In this document: piece after piece, positions 26,845 to 32,000 of the stretch
Layout of the letters: each line of letters opens with the position of its first letter
How positions within the stretch are numbered: position 1 is the first letter of the stretch
Assembly: GCF_000163895.2 (NCBI RefSeq)
Contig: NC_016630.1
Span: forward strand, 1,597,628-1,629,627
Direction: 5' to 3'
Source: Filifactor alocis ATCC 35896
Lineage (GTDB): Bacteria; Bacillota; Clostridia; Peptostreptococcales; Filifactoraceae
DNA length: 32,000 nucleotides
Program-made: the position numbers and the translations under genes
Notes under the pieces: generated by a model
The model's database searches: none
Seen by the model: only the letters and a program-made list of their open reading frames with translations
What the model was told of the DNA's origin: nothing

Positions 26845-28236
26845 TTAAAATTGTAGTGACTCTTCAATATAAGACTTCAATTCTGCAATCGGCATACGAA
26901 CTTGTTCCATCGTATCACGGTCACGAACGGTAACGCACTTATCTTCCAAAGAATCAAAATCGAACGTGATACAGAACGGTGTTCCCGCCTCATCATGACG
27001 ACGATATCTCTTTCCGATACTTCCCGTTTCATCATAATCCACATTAAAATATTTTGCCAAATCTTGGAATAATTCCGTTGCGGGTTCAGATAACTTCTTC
27101 GTCAACGGAAGAACAGCCGCCTTAAACGGTGCCAAAGCAGGATGGAAACGCAATACATTTCTAACTGTTCCGTCTTCCAATTCTTCTTCATCATACGCAT
27201 CGATTAAGAACGCCAATGTCACACGATCTGCTCCCAAAGAAGGCTCAATACAGTATGGAATATATTTTTCATTAGTAGTCGGATCTTGATACTTCATATC
27301 CACACCGGAGTGCTCCATATGTTGTTTCAAGTCAAAATCAGTACGGTCCGCAATTCCCCACAACTCTCCCCATCCGAACGGGAACTTGTATTCAAAATCT
27401 GTTGTCGCATTGCTGTAATGGGATAACTCTTCCGGAGCATGGTCTCTCAATCTCAAGTTATCAACTTGAATTCCCAAGCTCAACAAGAAGTTTTTGCAGT
27501 ATTCTTTCCAGTATTCAAACCATTTCAAATCTTCTCCCGGTGCACAGAAGAATTCCAATTCCATTTGCTCAAACTCTCTTGTTCTGAATGTAAAGTTACC
27601 CGGTGTAATTTCGTTACGGAAAGACTTTCCGATTTGTGCAATTCCAAACGGAACTTTTTTACGAGAAGTTCGTTGAACATTTTTGAAGTTGACAAAAATT
27701 CCTTGTGCAGTTTCGGGACGCAAGAAAATTTCTGCCGTAGAATCCTCTGTTACTCCTTGAAATGTTTTGAACATCAGATTGAATTTACGGATTCCCGTAT
27801 AGTCAAACTCTCCGCATTCTGGACAAACCATGTGGTTTTCTTGGATAAATCCTTCCAATTTTTCGTTATCCCAACCGTCTACATTGATTTCTTCCCCTTT
27901 GTTTTCTTTGATAAAATCTTCAATAATCTTATCGGCACGGAAACGGGATTTACATTTTTTGCAATCAATCAACGGATCGCTGAATCCGCCGACATGTCCG
28001 GATGCTACCCAAGTTTGCGGATTCATCAAGATTGCCGCATCCAATCCCACATTGTAAGGACTTTCTTGAACAAACTTCTTCCACCAAGCTTTTTTTACAT
28101 TGTTTTTGAGTTCCACTCCAAGCGGACCGTAATCCCAAGTATTCGCCAATCCGCCGTACACTTCTGAACCCGGAAATACAAATCCTCTTGATTTAGAAAG
28201 AGAAACAATTTTTTCCATTGTTTTTTCTACTGCCAT
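26845..28236 (-). CDS. glyQS: Glycine--tRNA ligase (homodimeric class II type)
   Basis: [24 protein letters not shown]-terminus and class II motifs throughout. A glycine T-box leader lies upstream. The ATG at 28236 (M4 of the track ORF) is 9 nt after AAAGG; the track ATG abuts the RBS. Confidence 0.97.
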   Translation of the reverse strand: MAVEKTMEKIVSLSKSRGFVFPGSEVYGGLANTWDYGPLGVELKNNVKKAWWKKFVQESPYNVGLDAAILMNPQTWVASGHVGGFSDPLIDCKKCKSRFRADKIIEDFIKENKGEEINVDGWDNEKLEGFIQENHMVCPECGEFDYTGIRKFNLMFKTFQGVTEDSTAEIFLRPETAQGIFVNFKNVQRTSRKKVPFGIAQIGKSFRNEITPGNFTFRTREFEQMELEFFCAPGEDLKWFEYWKEYCKNFLLSLGIQVDNLRLRDHAPEELSHYSNATTDFEYKFPFGWGELWGIADRTDFDLKQHMEHSGVDMKYQDPTTNEKYIPYCIEPSLGADRVTLAFLIDAYDEEELEDGTVRNVLRFHPALAPFKAAVLPLTKKLSEPATELFQDLAKYFNVDYDETGSIGKRYRRHDEAGTPFCITFDFDSLEDKCVTVRDRDTMEQVRMPIAELKSYIEESLQF

Positions 28237-28324
28237 TGTCTTCATCCTTTCTTGTTATCTATTTGTTTACAAAATTATTTTTTGCTGTTTTATTCATACT
28301 ATCAAAACTTTTTTCGATAGGCAT

Positions 28325-28535
28325 AAAAAAACTTCCGTCTCTCAGCAAAAAATGCCAAGGGACGAAAGTATCATTCCGCGGTTCCACCCTTGTTACGCTA
28401 CATAGCGTCTCTTTCTTTCGAAAAACAACTCCAAAGTTCCTTTCAAAATAATATTTTTACCGAATTTCCACCGTCATCGGCTCTCTTGAAAAAATGGATT
28501 ATTTCTACTCTTCTTCTTCACCGTTGCAACTTCTA
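28325..28535 (-). promoter_or_regulatory. T-box riboswitch leader (glycine-specific, glyQS type without stem II)
   Basis: Minus strand, in order. Stem I starts GUUGCAACGGUGAAGAAGAAGAGUA (k-turn and AGAGA elements). The specifier loop reads GAAAGGAAC. The T-box sequence is AAGGGUGGAACCGCGG (28391-28376). The terminator is ACUUUCGUCCCUUGGC/GCUGAGAGACGGAAGU followed by U7 (28331-28325). Confidence 0.9.
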
Positions 28536-28545
28536 TCTGAATTAA

Positions 28546-28574
28546 ATTCTATCATATCCAAAAAAGATTGTAAA
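28546..28574 (-). promoter_or_regulatory. Promoter of the glyQS T-box leader
   Basis: Minus strand: TTTACA (28574-28569), 17-nt spacer, TGaTAGAAT extended -10 (TAGAAT at 28551-28546). Confidence 0.6.
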
Positions 28575-28689
28575 TTCTTTATGGCTGAAATTTTGGAATG
28601 TCTGTTGAAATTTCATTTTGGGAACGGATTTTTTCAAACTGTTTTGTTCCTCTATCGTATCCTACCTAACTTCAAATCAGAAAGTAAGG

Positions 28690-28716
28690 TTGTAGCGTTC
28701 GAATCTATGGTATAAT
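28690..28716 (+). promoter_or_regulatory. Promoter of the C69 dipeptidase gene
   Basis: TGgTATAAT extended -10 (TATAAT at 28711-28716). The -35-like TTGTAG at 28690-28695 has a short 15-nt spacer. Transcription runs divergent from the T-box promoter. Confidence 0.5.
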
Positions 28717-28886
28717 AACTCTGTAGCGATTGAATTGTATTATCAGTAAACACGCATTGATACAAAATGAAGAATGACTTTCCCTGTTCTCTATAGATCT
28801 TGGGAGCACGCCGGCTTTCAAAAAAGGAAACACAATTCAACCAATATTTATCAATCTAACAAACTTAATATAAAGGAGATGATTTT

Positions 28887-30383
28887 ATGGCTTGTACCAC
28901 ACTTCTTGTTGGAAAAAATGCAAGTTATGACGGTTCTACTCTTGTTGCAAGAAATGAAGATTCCGCATCAGGGGTATTTACACCAAAAAAATTTATTGTT
29001 GTTCTTCCGGAAGAACAGCCACACAATTACAAATCTGTACTATCTCATGTTGAGATTCCCCTTCCGGACAATCCAATGCGATATACCGCTATGCCTGACG
29101 CACTCGGCGTAGACGGAATTTGGGGAGCTTGCGGAGTAAATGAAAAAAATATCTCCATGACGGCAACCGAAACATTGACCTCAAACGAACGCGTCTTGGG
29201 TGCAGATCCATTGGTAAATTTGATTCCGGCTCAAGGAAACGAAGGGGATGAAAATTACATTCCGGAACGTCCCGGCGGAATCGGAGAAGAAGATATCGTC
29301 ACTATTGTACTGCCTTACATCAACTCGGCAAGAGAAGGTGTCTTACGCTTAGGTTCTTTGCTTGAAACATACGGTACCTATGAAATGAACGGAATTGCTT
29401 TCCAAGATGAAGATGAAATCTGGTGGCTTGAAACCATTGGAGGACATCATTGGATTGCCAAAAAAGTACCGGATAATTCCTATGTTGTGATGCCGAACCA
29501 ATTCGGAATCGACTGCTTTGATTTGGACGATGCGTTCGGGCAACAGCAAGAACATCTTTGTTCTTCCGACTTAAGAGAATTCATTTCGGACAATCATCTG
29601 AATCTTTCTCTCACAGAATCTTTTAACGCGCGATATGCCTTCGGTAGCCATGCGGATTCCGACCATACCTACAACACACCTCGTGCTTGGGTGGTGCAAC
29701 GATATCTCAATCCTACCACTCATCGCTGGGATGGTGACAATGCGGACTATCGTCCGGACTCTGACAATCTTTCTTGGTCGAAAGTACCTGAAAAAAAGAT
29801 TACGATAGAAGAAATCAAATATCTTCTTTCTCATCACTATCAAGGAACAGAGTATGATCCGTACGGAAAGCATAACGATCCGCTTAAAAAAGGTTCTTTC
29901 CATCCGATTGGAATCAGCCGTACCAATGTACTCGGACTTGTTCAAATCAGACCGTACATGCCGGACAATATCAAATCTGTGGAGTGGATTTCATTCGGTT
30001 GCAATATGTTCAATGCAATTGTTCCGTTCTATGTAAATATCACAAAAACGCCAACCTATCTGAACAATACTGGCAAAACTGTCACTACGGACAGCTTCTA
30101 CTGGGCAAACCGATTGGTGGCAGCATTGGCGGATTCTCACTTTGCAACCTGTAATTCTCATATCGAACGATATCAGCTTGCCGTACAATCCAAAGGACAT
30201 GAACTAATTCACAAGTATGACAAAGAATTCAAAAATCATCCGAACAATGCAACCCTGCTTTGCGAAAAGGCAAATGAAGAGATTGCAAGCATGTTGCAAG
30301 AAAAAACAAATGACTTGCTGGACAAAGTTCTTTATACCGCAAGTTGTAATATGAAAAACGGATTTGCTCGTTCAGATGCGTAA
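28887..30383 (+). CDS. Peptidase family C69 dipeptidase (PepD/PepDA-like, Ntn-hydrolase)
   Basis: The N-terminus MACTTLLVGKNASYDGSTLVARNEDS carries the catalytic Cys at position 2, typical of C69. Length 498 aa. AAGGAG RBS. Confidence 0.88.
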   Translation: MACTTLLVGKNASYDGSTLVARNEDSASGVFTPKKFIVVLPEEQPHNYKSVLSHVEIPLPDNPMRYTAMPDALGVDGIWGACGVNEKNISMTATETLTSNERVLGADPLVNLIPAQGNEGDENYIPERPGGIGEEDIVTIVLPYINSAREGVLRLGSLLETYGTYEMNGIAFQDEDEIWWLETIGGHHWIAKKVPDNSYVVMPNQFGIDCFDLDDAFGQQQEHLCSSDLREFISDNHLNLSLTESFNARYAFGSHADSDHTYNTPRAWVVQRYLNPTTHRWDGDNADYRPDSDNLSWSKVPEKKITIEEIKYLLSHHYQGTEYDPYGKHNDPLKKGSFHPIGISRTNVLGLVQIRPYMPDNIKSVEWISFGCNMFNAIVPFYVNITKTPTYLNNTGKTVTTDSFYWANRLVAALADSHFATCNSHIERYQLAVQSKGHELIHKYDKEFKNHPNNATLLCEKANEEIASMLQEKTNDLLDKVLYTASCNMKNGFARSDA

Positions 30384-30410
30384 GTAAAAACGATACCATA
30401 TTGACACACA

Positions 30411-30457
30411 AAAAAAACAAAGGTGCTCTCTTTTTTGATGGAGTCCCTTTGTTTTTT
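30411..30457. terminator. Bidirectional terminator between the dipeptidase gene and ribU
   Basis: AAAAAAACAAAGG...CCTTTGTTTTTT: a 9-bp outer stem plus partial inner pairing, flanked by A and T runs. Confidence 0.75.
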
Positions 30458-30543
30458 CTTTATCTTATCAAAACAACATTATTTTACCAAAACAACAATC
30501 ATCTTTATAGTTTTTACTCTTCCATTCTTTTTCCGGAAATCTA

Positions 30544-31158
30544 TTATCTCTGTTTAATCAACGGAGATACTTTTTTGTATAGCACTGCTGTCACTACAGA
30601 AAGTACCACTCCCTTAAATAAGTTGAACGGTCCAATTAAATAGAGCGCAAATGTCCACATTCCTGTCACGTTTGCATTCAATCCTTGTCCCATTGCAATC
30701 AATTTATCTGCTCCACCCATAAAGTTTGCAAAGAACGGAAGTAACACAGTTGCATTCATCACAACACCTGTTGCTGCCATACACAATGTTCCGATTACAA
30801 GTGCAATCATTGCTCCTTTTTTGCTATGAGTTCTTTTATACAGATAACTGGAAGTTACAACAAATGCTCCACCTATCATAAAATTCGCTAATTCTCCGAT
30901 TCCACCTGTGCCGCTTTTTGTTGCAAAGTGAAGAATATTTTTAATAAATTCGATTGTCAATCCCGCAATCGGTCCCAATGCAAAACCGCCGATAATTGCC
31001 GGCAAGTCGGAAAAGTCCATTTTTAAGAACGGTGGAAAGAACGGTACCGGCGTTTCGATAAACATAATAATGTATGCCAATACTCCCAAAATTGAAATCT
31101 TAACCATCGCATTTGTACTAAATGCTCTTCCTTTTGATTTTTTTAGTGTTTGTTCCAT
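30544..31158 (-). CDS. ribU: ECF-transporter S component, riboflavin-specific (RibU/FmnP-like)
   Basis: ISILGVLAYIIMFIETPVPFFPPFLKMDFSDLPAIIGGFALGP is typical of ECF S components. An FMN riboswitch lies upstream. The ATG at 31158 (M28 of the track ORF) follows AGGAGG by 9 nt. Confidence 0.85.
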   Translation of the reverse strand: MEQTLKKSKGRAFSTNAMVKISILGVLAYIIMFIETPVPFFPPFLKMDFSDLPAIIGGFALGPIAGLTIEFIKNILHFATKSGTGGIGELANFMIGGAFVVTSSYLYKRTHSKKGAMIALVIGTLCMAATGVVMNATVLLPFFANFMGGADKLIAMGQGLNANVTGMWTFALYLIGPFNLFKGVVLSVVTAVLYKKVSPLIKQR

Positions 31159-31362
31159 TGAAAAATTCCTCCTGTTAAATATGCTTTTGACTTTGTTTCT
31201 TGAGAAATTTCTTATTTCTATTTTTATCTTTGCAAACAATCTCTGTATTTCGAAAGAAAATTGATTTTATAACCAAACATACAATTAATTATCTCTTCTT
31301 ACCTACAAAATCATTCTCTTTTTTCCTCTTGTCTATTTTTTACAAGAATAAAAATTTGTCAT

Positions 31363-31565
31363 AAAAAAGCCCGAGAATTCTTCTCGGGCTATCGTTGACA
31401 CAATGACACGGATATCACAAACAATCCTATTGTTGTGACCTCTCTAAGAAATCTTCTCCCATCCAGACTCTACTGTCGGTACCCGAATTGCACAGGTTCA
31501 GTTTTTATTCAAAACTCGCGGACTATACCGCCGGTCGGGAATTACACCCTGCCCTGAAGAAACAT
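31363..31565 (-). promoter_or_regulatory. FMN riboswitch (RFN element) with terminator expression platform
   Basis: The minus strand reads CUUCAGGGCAGGGUGUAAUUCCCGACCGGCGGUAUAGUCCGCGAG...GGGUACCGACAGUAGAGUCUGGAUGGGAGAAGA, which matches the conserved RFN core. The terminator AGCCCGAGAA-GAA-TTCTCGGGCT plus U6 lies at 31390-31363. Confidence 0.95.
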
Positions 31566-31589
31566 ATGATTAATTTGTACTACTTTTGA

Positions 31590-31618
31590 ATCATACCACT
31601 TGTATCAATTTTTGTCAA
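31590..31618 (-). promoter_or_regulatory. Consensus promoter of the FMN riboswitch-ribU transcript
   Basis: Minus strand: TTGACA (31618-31613), 17-nt spacer, TATGAT (31595-31590). Confidence 0.7.
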
Positions 31619-31681
31619 ATATTTTCAGCGATTTTATCTTAAGATTTTGTGAAAATATTTCATTTGATAAGATATTACAAT

Positions 31682-31746
31682 AAAAAAGCCCTCTCCGTGG
31701 TCCGCTGGTAAAAAATTCTACCTTAAGCGTAGAGAAGTTCTATTAA
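31682..31746 (-). ncRNA. Candidate small RNA or orphan leader of about 65 nt, class not recognised
   Basis: The transcript predicted from the promoter at 31751-31778 is ...CUUAAUAGAACUUCUCUACGCUUAAGGUAGAAUUUUUUACCAGCGGACCACGGAGAGGGC followed by UUUUUU. Nested pairings CUUCUCU/GGAGAGG, CGCU/AGCG and GGUA/UACC are visible by eye. No ORF. Confidence 0.35.
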
Positions 31747-31750
31747 GTAA

Positions 31751-31778
31751 ATTATATCATACACTTGTAAAATGTCAA
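31751..31778 (-). promoter_or_regulatory. Near-consensus promoter with no downstream gene
   Basis: Minus strand: TTGACA (31778-31773), 16-nt spacer, TGaTATAAT (TATAAT at 31756-31751). Confidence 0.55.
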
Positions 31779-31903
31779 TGAATCCAATGACAGTATAGTG
31801 AAGAATGAGATGAAATACTGATTATTAAAAGTCAAAAGGTAGATTATTTTCACAGATTGGAACTGATATGAATCAGCTTTTATCCGGTAGTCACTCCAAT
31901 CAC

Positions 31904-31950
31904 AAACAAATGGATACTCTCATCTTTTATGAGAAAATATCCATTTGTTT
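31904..31950. terminator. 13-bp perfect hairpin near the window edge, probably a terminator for a gene outside the window
   Basis: AAACAAATGGATA/TATCCATTTGTTT encloses a smaller CTCAT/ATGAG hairpin. U-rich flanks occur on both strands. All three minus-strand frames hit stops between 31965 and 32000. Confidence 0.4.
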
Positions 31951-32000
31951 TCATGTGAAATGTCGGCTCTCTTCTATCTTGATTTTATTGCCCTATGAAC

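Noticed and set aside
28494-28715. 73-aa plus-strand ORF between glyQS and the dipeptidase gene.
   Set aside because: It overlaps the T-box leader and both divergent promoters and has no RBS. The RNA elements fully explain the region.
31869-32000. Plus-strand ORF (MNQLLSGSHSNHKQMDTLIFYEK...) open to the window end.
   Set aside because: It has no RBS, runs straight through the 13-bp hairpin at 31904-31950, and its translation is not protein-like. The window edge prevents any further test.

Overview
This 32-kb chromosomal segment comes from a low-GC Bacillota (Firmicutes)-type genome. The signs are AGGAGG-type ribosome-binding sites, a T-box and an FMN riboswitch, secA-prfB linkage and the RF2 +1 frameshift. 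I support 27 protein-coding genes; several starts are re-assigned from the ORF track on RBS evidence, and one edge-truncated gene is missing from the track.

Positions 1-8.5 kb are all minus strand and look accessory. They hold an FNT channel, small membrane and lipoprotein genes, a TetR-YbaK-flavodoxin operon, a Cys-rich small protein, a membrane-tethered XRE regulator, a surface-anchored protein and an ATPase-GNAT pair.

Positions 8.6-32 kb are mainly housekeeping: a tagO-like GT4 transferase, sbcD-sbcC, hisS, two YitT/DUF2179 paralogues, an LCP enzyme, secA-prfB, a UPF0597 (cysteine-desulfidase-like) gene, glyQS behind a glycine T-box, a C69 dipeptidase and ribU behind an FMN riboswitch.

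I saw no rRNA, tRNA, CRISPR array, transposase, integrase or recognisable defence or toxin-antitoxin system. I did not find a convincing novel multi-gene system. The items most worth a second look are:
- an orphan promoter-hairpin-terminator unit (candidate sRNA) just upstream of the ribU riboswitch promoter;
- a decayed ORF with three in-frame stops between prfB and the desulfidase-like gene;
- a surface protein with an LPXTG-like tripartite anchor but the motif IENTG;
- an ATPase-GNAT cassette;
- a small ORF overlapping the sbcD start;
- a perfect 20-bp tandem duplication in the LCP promoter region.

All family assignments rest on motifs I can read in the translations. No database search was run.
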